Source: Macrostomum lignano
Taxonomy: Eukaryota
Reading direction: 5' to 3'
NCBI GenBank assembly: GCA_002269645.1
Contig: NIVC01000352.1
Location: 310,001 to 374,000 of the forward strand
Length of the DNA stretch: 64,000 nucleotides
Shown here: one piece after another, positions 37,609 through 50,770 of the stretch
Position numbering within the stretch: the first letter of the stretch is position 1
Layout of the letters: every line of letters begins with the position of its first letter
Made by a program: the position numbers and the translations under genes
The notes under the pieces: generated by a model
Seen by the model: only the letters and a program-made list of their open reading frames with translations
Told to the model about the DNA's origin: nothing
Databases searched by the model: none

Positions 37609-37904
37609 CTGACAATATTTTAATGTACAATCGATGTACGTGCACTTCTGTAGCAGTGTAGCAACACCATGGTAGTGCTAGGCCAGTACAATAAATTATT
37701 TGTTGCAGAACTAACTGCAGACTGTATAGTAGCAATTTAAGAGCGGTCAGAAGTTCGATTCGAATTCGCGCCAACTTCTAAAGACTGTTAAACAAACTTT
37801 AAACTCTTAAGCCAAGGCATTGCCATTAAAAGACCCATTATTCAGCGCTCCTGGACACTCAGTTGGAGCTCCGACAGTAAATTTAGCGCTCCAGACACTC
37901 ACTA

Positions 37905-38708
37905 GGGTGCCCGGACGCTCACTATGGCACCTCGGACACTCACTATGGCGCCCCGAATACTCGCTATGGCACCCGGACGCTCACTATGGCGCCCCGGACA
38001 CTCGCTATGGCACCCGGACGCTCACTATGGCGCCCCGGACACTCCCTGTGGCACCCGCACGCTCACTATGGCGCCCCGGACACTCCCTGTGGCACCCGGA
38101 CACTCACTATGGCACCCCGGACACTCCCTGTGGCACCCGGACGCTCACTATGGCACCCCGGACACTCCCTGTGGCACCCGGACGCTCACTATGGCGCCCG
38201 GACACTCACTATGGCGCCCTGCTGGACACTTACTATGGCGCCTGGACACTCACCATGGCGCCTGGACACTCACTATGGCGCCCGGACACTCATTATGGCG
38301 CCCGGACACTCACTATGGCGCCATGGACACTTACTATGGCGCCCGGACACTCACTATGGCGCCCTGGACAATTACTATGGCGCCATGGACACTTACTATG
38401 GCGCCCGGACACTCACTATGGCGCCCTAGACAATTACTATGGCGCCATGGACACTCACTATGGCACCTCGGACACTCACTATGGGGCCCTGGACAATTAC
38501 TATGGCGCCATGGACACTCACTATGGCACCTCGGACACCCACTAAGGCGCCATGGACACACTATGGCACCCCGGACACTCACTATGGCGCCCTGGACAAT
38601 TACTATGGCGCCATGGACACACTATGGCGCCCGGACACTCACTATGGCGCCCTGGACAATTACTATGGCGCCATGGACACACTATGGCACCCGGACACTC
38701 ACTAAGGC
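37905..38708. repeat. 20/21-bp minisatellite
   Basis: ggacactcactatggcgccc(c) and variants. Confidence 0.95.
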
Positions 38709-39340
38709 TACATATCGGAAACAGCTGAAACAATAAGTCAGTGAACGAAGTGCATGAACAAAGGCTATCAGATATCTATATGCATACTGAACTGGCTCAC
38801 GGGTCTTGCGAATTGCATGTTCCATTAATCAACAGACAACTGTGTTAGAAGTCTGCATATACTATAGTTAAACAGTATTATTGTTTGTATTTTTATTTCA
38901 GACTCCACAATTAAAAAATAGCGGCTCGGGAGTCGTGGATAATAATAGTAAATTATTAAGCGGACAAACAAATACAAAGAAAATGACAACACGAGATCGC
39001 TACTAATAGTAGTGGAAAAGCCTCTAAAGCTACAAACACAACTTTGGTATTGTGTTAAATTGGCGAAAACATACGAGAAATTTGCCGCTTAAAAATGACA
39101 CCAAAGTTGTGCTTGCAGATTAAGTGCCAGAACTTTCCAAATAACCCTGGTAGTACACTACTATTAGTACTATTAGTGTCAACCACTTTGAACTATAATT
39201 ACTGTAGTCATTAACCCGGTTTACAAAAGCTGCACAACACAACAGTAGCAATATAGCATCGGGCTGCAGAATGTGACTATTTAATTTTAAAGAACATTAA
39301 GAACTTTTTTGAGTCGGTCAATTCCAAAGAAACACGAGTG

Positions 39341-42300
39341 TCATTGCTCATCCGCGGCCTCGACCGCCGCCTCCGGGTCGGCCTCATCTTGACAACTATT
39401 GCGCCGCGTCTGCTTGGGCGCGCTGGCGTCGGCTGCATCGGCGTCGCCGCTGCCCGACACAGCGTCGGCGCCATCATCGGCTGCGGCGGCAGATCGCTTG
39501 ACGCCGGCTCCGCCAGCCCGTCGGTGCTCTGCGGCGGCTGGCAGACGCTGCATATCCAGCAGGCGGTGCAGCTGGCGGAAGGCCATGAGGCGGACGGCCC
39601 GGTGGGCTGCGGCGGTCAGGTCCTCGCGCTCCTGGGCGGACAGGGCACCGGCAGCGTCCGTGGTGCTCTTCTCGCAGGGATCCAGCAGGCCGGGGCCGCC
39701 CGGCAGCAGCAGGCCGGAGGCCAGGCACTCCAGGACTCGGCGAAGGGCTTCGCTAGGCGTTGACGGCGCGCAGTAGGAGCTGATGCACTTTTCTATTAGA
39801 AGCTCCGCCGCCTGCGAGTGGGTGAGTGTTGGGGAAGGCTTGGTCCTCGGCATAGCTAGGCAAGTCAGGCAATGTTTCAGGGAATGATTCATCAGATGAT
39901 TCGGGAAATGATTCATGGGATGATTCAGGGAAATATTAATCAGATAATTCAGAGAATGATTTATTAGATGATTTGGGGAATGATTCATTAGATTTTTTAG
40001 GGAATGATTCATTAGATGATTCAGAGAATGATATATTAGATGATTCAGGGAATAATTATTCAGGGAATGATCAGATGATTCGGGGAATGGTTCATTAGAT
40101 TATTTAGGGAATGTTTCATTAGATGATTCAGAATGATTTATTAGATGATTCAGGGAATGATTTATTAGATGATTCAGGGAATGATTTATTAGATGATTCA
40201 GGGAATGATTCATGATTCAGGGACTGATTGACTAAGTAATTCAGAATATGATTGAATTGAATGCTCCTTAAATAAATAGGCCGGTACAAACAATAATAAA
40301 ACACCCATCTCACCCATTCTGACAGGGCAGCCCAGGCGGGAATTCTGCGCCGGAAATCGCGTACAATTTTGACAACGGGAACGAACGACTCCAGCTGGCT
40401 GGCCTTAGCCTGCGGGTGACAAAAATATGCAAAAAACAGATGATAAAAGCGTGGAACAGGCAATTCTGCCCATTCCGCTGACTCCTGAGCACATGCAAGA
40501 GCGCCAATACTGTACGCACGCTCACACAGGGTCTACAGCGGCCCTGACTTTATAATCGTCAGGCATGTACACTCCCTGTGCCTTTGGGGTTGGCCCTCAT
40601 GCCTGTGAATTGCACGTCAACCCCCACTGGTCAATTTTTCGCATACAAGCCTTAAATGTTCGTGTCGAATTTCTGCTCAAGATGACTGAACATGGAGAGA
40701 AATAAGGAGGAAAGGGACAGGCCGCCCACTGCAGGACCAGGGGAAGGGACAGGCCGCCCACTGCAGGACCAGGGGAAGGGACAGGCCGTCCACTGCAGGA
40801 CCAGGGGAAGGGACAGGCCGTCCACTGCAGGACCAGGGGAAGGGACAGGCCGCCCACTGCAGGACCAGGGGAAGGGACAGGCCGCCCACTGCAGGACCAG
40901 GGGAAGGGACAGGCCGCCCACTGCAGGACCAGGGGAAGGGACAGGCCGCCCACTGCAGGACCAGGGGAAGGGACAGGCCGCCCACTGCAGGACCAGGGGA
41001 AGGGATAGGCCGCCCACTGCAGGACCAGGGGAAGGGACAGGCCGCCCACTGCAGGACCAGGGAAAGGGACAGGCCGCCCACTGCAGGACCAGGGGAAGGG
41101 ACAGGCCGCCCACTGCAGGACCAGGGAAAGGGACAGGCCGCCCACTGCAGGACCAGGGAAAGGGACAGGCCGCCCACTGCAGGACCAGGGGAAGGAACAG
41201 GCCGCCCACTGCAGGACCAGGGGAAGGGACAGGCCGTCCACTGCAGGACCAGGGGAAGGGATAGGCCGTCCACTGCAGGACCAGGGGAAGGGACAGGCCG
41301 CCCACTGCAGGACCAGGGGAAGGGACAGGCCGTCCACTGCAGGACCAGGGGAAGGGACAAGCCGCCCACTGCAGGACCAGGGGAAGGGACAGGCCGTCCA
41401 CTGCAGGACCAGGGGAAGGGACAGGCCGTTCACTGCAGGACCAAGGGAAGGGACAGGCCGCCCACTGCAGGACCAGGGGAAGGGACAGGCCGTCCACTGC
41501 AGGACCAGGGGAAGGGACAGGCCGTCCACTGCAGGACCAGGGGAAGGGACAGGCCGCCCACTGCAGGACCAGGGGAAGGGACAGGCCGCCCACTGCAGGA
41601 CCAGGGGAAGGGACAGGCCGTCCACTGCAGGACCAGGGAAAGGGACAGGCCGCCCACTGCAGGACCAGGGGAAGGGACAGGCCGCCCACTGCAGGACCAG
41701 GGAAAGGGACAGGCCGCCCACTGCAGGACCAGGGGAAGGGATGGGCCGCCCACTGCAAAGAAAAGCAAAACATCATTCATATCTGTTTGGTTTATTGAGA
41801 ACAGAAAAGTTTGGAGTCCTTCTGGAAAAGCCAGTTACCTGCAAATTTCATAACAGGCTACATTGAGTGGCTACAGTAGAATATAAGCACAGGAGCGAAC
41901 ACAATGCAAATCAGACTGTACCTGGAACCATTTGGCTCGTCGCAGATTGGCAAGAGCCTCCAAGCACTTCTCCTTATCCAATAGATCATCGCTTTGAGCT
42001 TGAGAATCGGCTACAAGTAAAAATTTTATAATAAAAAAGAACAAAGTTAAGCGTATATTTGACCATAAATTAATATAACTAATCTCATGGTTGTTCATGG
42101 CATCTATAATTGATTATTTTTATTATCAAGAATCCGAACAATACGATGGTTAAGTATAGCAAAACTTCTCTCCAAAATGATTTCTACAAATGCTTAATTT
42201 ATGATTATTAATTAAAAATTAGAATGCCAACTCTAAAGCTCAGATTGCGGCATTATTTAAAGTACTGCGATGCATTTGCTCGTAAAATTGCTCACAACAT

Positions 42301-45300
42301 GAAATCAAAGCAAAGTTATATGTAGATTTCTTCTCGCAACAATGATATTTTTGACTTACTGAAATCTCAAAACTACACACCCTTTGAAAGTTATTTACGC
42401 AACATATCGCCGTAGTTCAGTCCAAGGACTGGAAGGGTTGCCACACACACCCACAATTACCCCAGCTAATGCTTACCCCACCAATTTTACAGCTGGGTGA
42501 ACTGAAGCAATGCAGAGTCAAGTGTCTTGCTCAAGGACACAAATTGTTCCGAGTAGGTCGGGAATCGAACCCCCGACCTTTCAGTCGTGAGTCCGACGCT
42601 CTAACCACTAGGCTACAACACCCCCCTCGACAAGGAAGCTCATAATAAAAACTATAATTGAATACTCACCGCCATCGCTATCGCGCACAGCCACAGAGGT
42701 CAGGCTGATGCAGCAGCGCAGGCTCCCATCGCTGCAGGACACCAGCAGTGAGTCGCCCGAGCTGGCAGTTTGCACAGTCAGCAGCAGAGCCTGGCCGGAG
42801 TCGGGCGGGCACAGCTGATCTGGCAGCAGTTCAATTAGGCGCTTAACCAGACTGCGGCCAGGCCAGGCCGAGCACAGCAGCACCAGCTCGCACTGCCGGT
42901 CCCAGAACAGGGTGACATCTTTGGCCAGGCTGCCAATTCGCATTACACCGTTCAATTGCTGCTTCTGCTGCTGCTGCTCAGGCCCGTCAGCTGACAGCTG
43001 CTCGCTGACCTGACGGAGTGCCTGTTCGCATCGGGCAGCCAGGGCGTCCAGGGCCTTCCTGTCGGGCTCGGCCTGGGCCAGAGTGGCCAGCTTGGCAGCC
43101 AGGTGCCGATCGTCGATGCTCTCGGCCTGGACAGCACGCTGTCGGGCGGCAACGCCGCTGCCAACATTGAACTGGGATCGGTGACGCTGCATCCATTCGT
43201 TCACTCTGGCCGGGTCCATGCGTCTGCCCCAGATTGGCTGGGCGAACTCCAGCTTATTGGCTCGCATTGCGGATTTCACTTCTATTGCTAAGCTCGGGTC
43301 CACCTGGATGGCATTGTGGAGTTAATTTGTAGATCTGCTGTTGTCTACCCCGGTGATGCTGTTGTCTACCCCGGTGATTCCTCTTGTCTACCCCGGTGAT
43401 TCTGTTGTCTACCCCGGTGATTCCTGTTGTCTACCCCGGTGATGCTGTTGTCTACCCCGGTGATTCCTGTTGTCTACCCCGGTGATGCTGTTGTCTACCC
43501 CTGTGATTCCTGTTGTCTACCCCGGTGATGCTGTTGTCTACCCCGGTGATTCCTGTTGTCTACCCCGGTGATTCCTGTTGTCTACCCCGGTGATGCTGTT
43601 GTCTACCCCGGTGATTTTTGTTGTCTACCCCAGTGATGCTTGTTGTCTACCCCGGTGATTCTTGTTGTCTACCCCGGTGATTCTTGTTGTCTACCCCAGA
43701 GATACTTGCTGTCTACCCCAGAGATTCAGTAGATCTGCTGCTGTCTACCCCAGAGATTCAGTAGATCTGCTGCTGTCTATCTCAGAGATTCAGTAGATCT
43801 GCTGCTGTCTACCCCAGAGATTCAGTAGATCTGCTGCTGTCTATCTCAGAGATTCAGTAGATCTGCTGCTGTCTACCCCAGAGATTCAGTAGATCTGCTG
43901 CTGTCTACCCCAGAGATTCAGTAGATCTGCTGCTGTCTATCTCAGAGATTCAGTAGATCTGCTGCTGTCTACCCCAGAGATTCAGTAGATCTGCTGCTGT
44001 CTATCTCAGAGATTCAGTAGATCTGCTGCTGTCTACCCCAGAGATTCAGTAGATCTGCTGCTGACTATCTCAGAGATTCAGTAGATCTGATGCTGTCTAT
44101 CTCAGAGATTCAGTAGATCTGCTGCTGTCTAATCAGACCCATTGGTTTACATCTATTCCTATGCGCCCTAATTCAGTCTCTAGTTAATCAATGTAAAAAG
44201 ACGCACCTTTCGTTTATACTGCAGCCTGTGCCGCCGGCCCTTCAAATGCATCTCCTTGGCGTGCGGATCGTTAAATCTGCAGTCGCACAGTTTGCAATGA
44301 TATTGCACAGCTTTGTTGCCCTGCTCGTTAGGCAACTCGTCAATGTACTCGGAGCCAACCGGGGCCACGTATTCGCGCTCCTGCAGTACGGCCAGCTCAA
44401 CATGCTGCTGCTGCTGCTCAACAGTTGCAGACGAAGCCGGCGCTGTCTGGCCGCTGGCTGCCCCGCTATCGGCGGTTTGTGGCGGCCCAGCAGCCGGGGT
44501 GGCCGCCTCATCGGAGGCCACACTTTTCAAAGCGGAACCGGGCACGAAGCCGAACCGAGGCGCACCGACAACTCGCTGCTTGACGGCCGGTGTCGGCTGC
44601 TGCTGCTTCGGCGCAGGCTGTGACTGCTGCTGCTGCTGATTGGCACCGGCAGCTGAGGTGACAGCCGAGCCCTGTACTATAATAGGATCAGTGCTAGGCA
44701 GAGACTTCCCCAGCCTAGTGTGCAGCTTGGCAGTTTTCAAATGCTTGGATCCGCGAATATGCGACGCGTAGGCATCGGCGCCGGTGCAGGTGACGTCGCA
44801 GAGTTCGCAGCGCAGCTGTTTCTGATTCGGCTTAGCAGATTCCTCCTGCTGCCGCTTGGCTGCGGCCTCGCGCTTCTTGTGCTTCTGGCCGTTCAGATGC
44901 TCCTTGAAAGTCTGCGGCCCGGCGCAGCTGATCTTGCACACTTCGCAGTATTGAAGCGAGGCCAGATTGGGCTGGCCAGGCTGCTTCTGCTGTTGCTGCT
45001 GCTGGTTGTAGGGCCGCCGCGGTCCGCCGGGGCGAAATGGAGGCCGGCGCTGCTGCTGCTGATAACCGCCGGCGCCGAACTGGTGCCGATGCTGATGCTG
45101 CTGATGATGATGCGGCTGCCGGAACCCGCCGGGAGCCTGCTGGCCGAACCAATTCTGGCCGCCGCCGCCGCCGCCGAAGCCCTCCGGCATGAACTGCTGA
45201 TGCTGTTTGCCAGCCGAGGCAGCAGGCGGTTGATAAGCCAGCTTGGGCGGCGGCAGGGGCGGAGGCGGAGGCGGCGGCGGTGGGGCGACCTTAGCCACAG

Positions 45301-48300
45301 CCGGGGTGGCAGTATTGGCCGTGAAAGATTGATAAGACGGGGCAGTTGTTGTCCAGGCCGGCTGGAAGACCCGGCCGCTGCCAGACTGTGGCGCCGCTGG
45401 TGGCGGCGGAGGTGGAGGCCGTTGCTGCTGCTGGTAGGCCGCCGCCGCCGCTGCTGCAGCCGCCGCCGCAGCGGCCGGATAAGCGGTCGGAGCGGCCGCG
45501 TAGGTGTAGGGAGCGGCTACAACGCTTGCCGCAGCGGCCGCCGTGAAGGAAGCCGGAGCGGCCGGGGCTGGCGGCACAAAACTAGTTGGACCAGTGGCAC
45601 TGGCGGTGGCCTGGTACGCCGTCTGGGGTGCACTGCGGATGGCCATAATTGAATGTAGAAATTACTCCAGAGATTCTATACAGATGTCCCCCAACGGGGG
45701 GCGAAGATTGCTAGTTACACCTAAAAGGTAAGCAAGAGTACAGTAAAGCATATTGTCAGTAAATCTAACAACTAAAAAATAATATTTACATATTAAATGT
45801 CTAAATTTTTTACAAGATGTCGATTCGACTCCTGGCAACTGAATGCAATGACAAAGCTGGACGCTTTCCCAATGCCACGCGTTAACACTGTATGCTTGAT
45901 GCCTTGGTGGGAAACAACTACTTGGAACTCAACTCTCAACAATGAACCTGGCACTGCCACCTTTCAGCAACTCATGCAGTTGGTATTAAAGAGTGATACA
46001 GCAGGCACTTACGGTATTCATGGACAACATCGATGTGATAGGATGGAAATTGGACAATCAAAGAGCACAATGACCAGCTGGCTGCATTCAGTTTTAAACT
46101 GATTTGCAAAGAGTTAACCTTAAGTCATCAAAGTGCCAATTTGCAAGCAATAGTATGATGGGGTGAGAGCAAGATAGTGGCTGTCTAGGACTTGCCAAGA
46201 CCTTGGACCTCAAGAGCTTTCTTGTGCAATAGGCCAGTTTGTTTTCAGATTCATTTCTAAGAAAAAGCTTGTTTGTTTAATTTCCCTAAAATTTGTTTTA
46301 ATGTGCACAGTATTAAAATTTGTAAATATTATAAAAATTATGTAAATTTGTTTAAAATAGCACAAATATTACTATAAATATACAGGCTGCCAGCAAGAAA
46401 AAACTTGTTCTGCCTAGACAACACCCAGTTTATATCTAAGCATTATTTAGTTAACAAGGTGCCTAGATTCACTATCTAAGAAATTACCTTGGGCAGAATA
46501 TCTATTAGAATGAGTTATGACCCTCTGATCCAAATAACTAGATTAAAAGAGAAACTCTCAATTTCTAACATGAAATAATGGAAATAATGGAATGGATTAG
46601 ATGGAATCCAATTTCCATCAACAAAATAATGTTTGCCTGCTATTGCAATCTACTGAATCTTGGGGTAAATGTTTTTAGATTGCAGACTCTGTCAAAAGTA
46701 CTCTGAAAGTTAAAACTTAATTTTAGAAATATTAAAAACTAGACCATGTATTTAAACTGATTATTAATGGACTACACTAGCACTGAAAGAGACAGATTTG
46801 AGGAAAAACTAACTGGCTCCATTGTATTTGTCTTTTAGCATTACAATATAATTTGAGGCATACATGCCCAACCTCAAAATTTCACCCATCCAGTGTGATT
46901 TAGTTTTGTCCAGATTTGCGACTAAGTTCCTCCCAATTGTGACTTAGTTCCTCTTGATTGCAACTTAGTTCCCCTAATTGTGACTTAATTTTCACTTTGT
47001 ATATTACTTTTCTTGCCTTTTTCTCTTTTCTTTTCTTTCTTATTCTCTCTCCTCTTTTCCCTTTCTCTTTCTCTCTCTTCTCCCTCCTTTCTTTTCCTTT
47101 TCTCTTCCTTTCTTTTCTTCCTCTAATTTTTTATTTTTGTGTTTTTAATTTTGCAACTTACTTTGGCTAGCAGCCATTTCCCTTGTCTGGTTTAGCTATT
47201 TAGCTATAGCTATTGTTATTTATGCAATAAAGCTTTAATTGTACTTTTTTCTTTTTTGTCCTTGCACTTGTGCACTCAAGACTATCTATCTTATGTTGTG
47301 TGCTTTTGGCCACTTGTTTCCCCTTATACATGCATACATAAATATAAACCCTGACAAGACAAAATTACCTTGGTTTACATTAAGGCATATAGGGTTAGTG
47401 CAAGGGATATATATTCTTATTTTATCCTTTTGTATGCAATGGCATTCCTCTACCTGTTAAAGATTTTTATGCAGTAGCTCTATTTAAGTGGTAGCTCTTA
47501 CATTCTCTCTTGCTAGCTTTTATCAATTTTCTCTTTGATAAGAGGTTCTTTGTTGTGCTACTCTCTAGGCTAGATACCAAGGCTCTAAACTATAATTGTT
47601 TGCACAATGTGCCTTTTTATTTTTATGAAATATTTCACTTGTCTCTAGCAAAGATAATTATCTTTACACTAAAAATCTAATATTTCTTTAAAATAAAGAG
47701 CTACTTGGCAGTTGGAAGTCATATATAGCCTTTTTTCTAATTTGCATTAATATCTAGTTTTAGTCAGTGCTAGTACATTTAAAATGGCCATAGACAATGA
47801 TACTATATCATCTAGTGGCAATGCAACTATAATAGTAATAGACAGGGACACTATATCATCCAGTGGCAATATAACTATAATGACAATAGACAGTGATACA
47901 ATTATCCAATGGTAGTACTAGTGCAATTATAATGGAAAGTAAAAATCAGAAACAAAATGCAAGAAAACTGACTTTCATATAAATGTGTATGATTAGAATC
48001 AATTTTTGAAGTTGCATGGTGTCAAGAGTCAATAAAAGGTAAAGTTTTATAAAAAATACTAAACAATTTTCAATACTAATAGAAATAGTTTTTTAATTAG
48101 CAAACCTATGTATATGGGGAAATCCAAAAATTGGGGGCAAGTTTTATGAAAATTCGTTTTTTGGCAATTTGAAAGCAATAAAGCTATAAAATAAATTTAT
48201 TCAAGTTTTTAAAAAGTAAAAAAGTCTATTAAAGCACAAATTATTTTCGTATAGCTTTATTTTTAAAGACGACCTAAAATTAATTACGACCTAAAATGAG

Positions 48301-50770
48301 TCTAATGAAAATGATTGAAAAGCTATAATAATGTATTTTATTAACTTTAACTATCTTATAATGTTACACTCTATAATTCTACAACATATTTAACATTATT
48401 TTAAGGTTTTATTTGTTTATCACTTTCGTTACTCTTGACAACGTGTATTTTGTAGAGTTCGTTTGCAATAAATTGTATTCAACGTAAGTTTATTATTTAA
48501 ACATACAAATTCCCGTAAGGATCGGAAAATTGCATTTTACTCAGCTTCTACTAAAGCGATTTGGGAAATTCTTTTTTTCCTGCATACACGCCGCGATGAT
48601 ACATGTTTTAGTGTAATTTCATTGTTCTTCGTCGCTTAATAAGCATACAGTAAGCATCTGATTTGGAAGCCGGGTAACACATTGGAATTCCCATAAGGAT
48701 TGGAAAATTGCATTTTACTCAGCTTCTACTGAAGCGATTTTGAAAATTTTTTTTTCCTGCATACACGCCGCAATGATACATGTTTTAGTGTAATTTCATT
48801 GTTCTTCGTCGCTTAATAAGCATACAGTAAGCATCTGATTTGGAAGCCGGGTAACACATTGGAATTCCCATAAGGATTAGAAAATTGCATTTTACTCAGC
48901 TTCTACTGAAGTGATTTGGAAAATTCTTTTTTTCCTGCATACACGCCGCGATGATACATGTTTTAGTGTAATTTCATTGTTCTTTGTCGCTTAATAAGCA
49001 TACAGTAAGTATCTGATTTGGAAGCCGGGTAACACATTGGAATTCCCATAAGGATTGGAAAATTGCATTTTACTCAGCTTCTACTGAAGCGATTTGGAAA
49101 ATTCTTTTTTTCCTGCATCCACGCCGCGATGATACATGTTTTAGTGTAATTTCATTGTTCTTTGTCGCTTAATGAGCATACAGTAAGCATCTGATTTGGA
49201 TGCCGGGTTCACATTTTGTGGTAACATTTTTTACCCAAAATTTTTAAGTCTAAATATAGGTATATTACAAATACTAATACTATGCAAGTTGATATTTAAA
49301 TGAAAGAAAACAACTTAAAGATTATTTTGCAACAAGGAATTAGCGATATATTTACTTTTAGAAAAAGATGTTTGCTGGCAAACTTTGCACTTTATATTAG
49401 TATGAATTTTTGCGAGTTTATATGGTTTTAGAAAAACTTTGAAATCCTTAGAAATACTTCATCTTTTTGAATTGAATAAAAAGTAAAACACAGATTACTT
49501 TCTGTTTTGTAAGTAGTAAAAAAATTAGCCTTCACTAAGGCCTACAAGTCTTAAAATTAATTGTTTAATAATGAAAAAAGTGAAACAAAAAATTGCAAAT
49601 CGGTCAACTCGGACTTTCAAAATGCTTTTTTGTGTTTTTTTCTTATTTATTCAACAATATAAAGCATGAAAACAATAGTTTTTATCCAGAACTATTTTCT
49701 AAAGACCTATCTATCTTTCAAAAACCTTTTTTAGATACATTACTTTCCATCAAATGTCCACAGATTTGTTTTACCGTTTTATCCCACGTTTTTGGATTTC
49801 GCCATATGCATTTGTACATAGGTCTTGATAACTTTATATCTTCATTTTGCTAGTAAGCATAACAGCTATTTTTCTTTCATTGTGTTTGCCAATATATCTA
49901 CTAGCATATTTACCAGTTGCTATGGACCTATCTACCAATGCTAGATAGATTTGCTAGGTAGCAAGTAATTTTTTGTCAATAGATATATGATAAAAAAGCT
50001 AAAAAGGATATTGGCATAGAAATTGGTTAAGCAAAAAGCTATACCAAAATTGTAGTAAAGCTGATAAATATATTATAAATAAGAGTTTCTCTATTATTTT
50101 TATAATTAAGTTATTTCAACCATAATTTATATAAATACATTAGCAAATTGTTTTGTAGAAGATAAAGCAATACATAGATAATTTTTATAAGCATTTTGTA
50201 TTTTGAAAATGCTTTTAACTAAAGCTAATTTAAATTTCTATAAAAGTTTGGGTTGGCATCCATTATTGAATCCATCAATTACATTGCCTTTCTGTCAAAA
50301 GTTTAAGTATAGTTTGTTATTGTCTTAATAATAGTTAAATAAATATTTTTAAACTGCTTATTCTCTACTGAGTCTATGCTATAACAACTAGACAAAATAA
50401 TTTTCTCTTTGTAGTTTATAATTGCTTTTTATTTTACATAAATACATTGCAATAGCAAAGTTATTCATCAACAAAAAAGCCTACTTTATATAAAAATTTG
50501 TCTTTTGTATGCATATTCAAATGGGAATATGGGACCTCACTTGCTCATTGAAATACCTATGTTAGTATTTGCACCACTTAGACAGAGACATTGATTGAGC
50601 CGACTTAATTTAAATGCAGGAAAAAATTCTAAAACATTAGCCAACCAGAATTTAATAAAGAAAATGATTTTTAATTATACAGATGAAACAAAATAGACTC
50701 GAATATGTTGCAGGCAGTGGAGGGCTTACCTGTATGTAGGTCCAGATGGAAATCCAAAGTAACTACTCAT
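39341..50770 (-). CDS. ZFR: Zinc finger RNA-binding protein (3 ZnF + DZF domain), 6 exons, ~918 aa
   Basis: Exons 50770-50730 (MSSYFGFPSGPTY, like ZFR N-terminal YFGF), 45632-44207 (YCEVCKISCAGPQTFKEHLNGQKHKK; CELCDVTCTGADAYASHIRGSKH; CKLCDCRFNDPHAKEMHLKGRRHRLQYKRK), 43303-42670, 42010-41922 (CLEALANLRRAKWFQ), 40409-40314, 39811-39341 (LRRVLECLASG..GPGLLDPCEK..MAFRQLH); phases consistent. Confidence 0.93.
39880..40215. repeat. ~24-bp degenerate minisatellite in ZFR intron 5
   Basis: gattcagggaatgatttattagat. Confidence 0.88.
40455..40630 (-). mobile_element. SINE family A body fragment (ZFR intron 4)
   Basis: Near-colinear with 4100-4265. Confidence 0.8.
40708..41757. repeat. 32-bp minisatellite in ZFR intron 4
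   Basis: About 33 units of gggaagggacaggccg(c/t)ccactgcaggaccag. Confidence 0.97.
42410..42622 (-). mobile_element. SINE family B (tRNA head + CORE-like domain)
   Basis: Minus strand tagcctagtggttagagcg..ggttcgattcccg..gtgtccttgagcaagacacttgactctgcattgcttcagttcacccagctgtaaaat. Confidence 0.9.
43332..44135. repeat. Composite array in ZFR intron 2: 21/22-bp units then 32-bp units
   Basis: ctgttgtctaccccggtgat(g/tc) to ~43720, then cagagattcagtagatctgctgctgtcta(ccc/tct). Confidence 0.95.
45815..46230 (+). mobile_element. Decayed Ty3/Gypsy reverse transcriptase fragment (ZFR intron 1)
   Basis: QLNAMTKLDAFPMPRV (cf. DYRxLN..DxYPLPRI), ATFQQLMQLVL, L.SSKCQFA, AV*DLPRP; internally deleted. Confidence 0.7.
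48510..49215. repeat. ~178-bp satellite, 4 copies (ZFR intron 1)
   Basis: Units start at 48512, 48690, 48867 and 49045; very similar to each other. Confidence 0.93.

Noticed and set aside
24230-38708. CRISPR-like appearance of 17-33 bp repeats
   Set aside because: Head-to-tail tandem units with no unique spacers, eukaryotic context, no cas genes.
40597-41780. 374-aa Cys/Trp/Pro repeat ORFs
   Set aside because: 32-bp array in ZFR intron 4; ZFR exons join KWFQ|AKAS across it.
44720-45652. Antisense ORFs over ZFR exon 2, and similar ones over DHHC, TRPA and the FtsH-like ORF
   Set aside because: Expected shadow ORFs of GC-rich coding sequence.
45797-46102. 101-aa ORF in ZFR intron 1 as a nested gene
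   Set aside because: It is a collapsed Gypsy RT relic.
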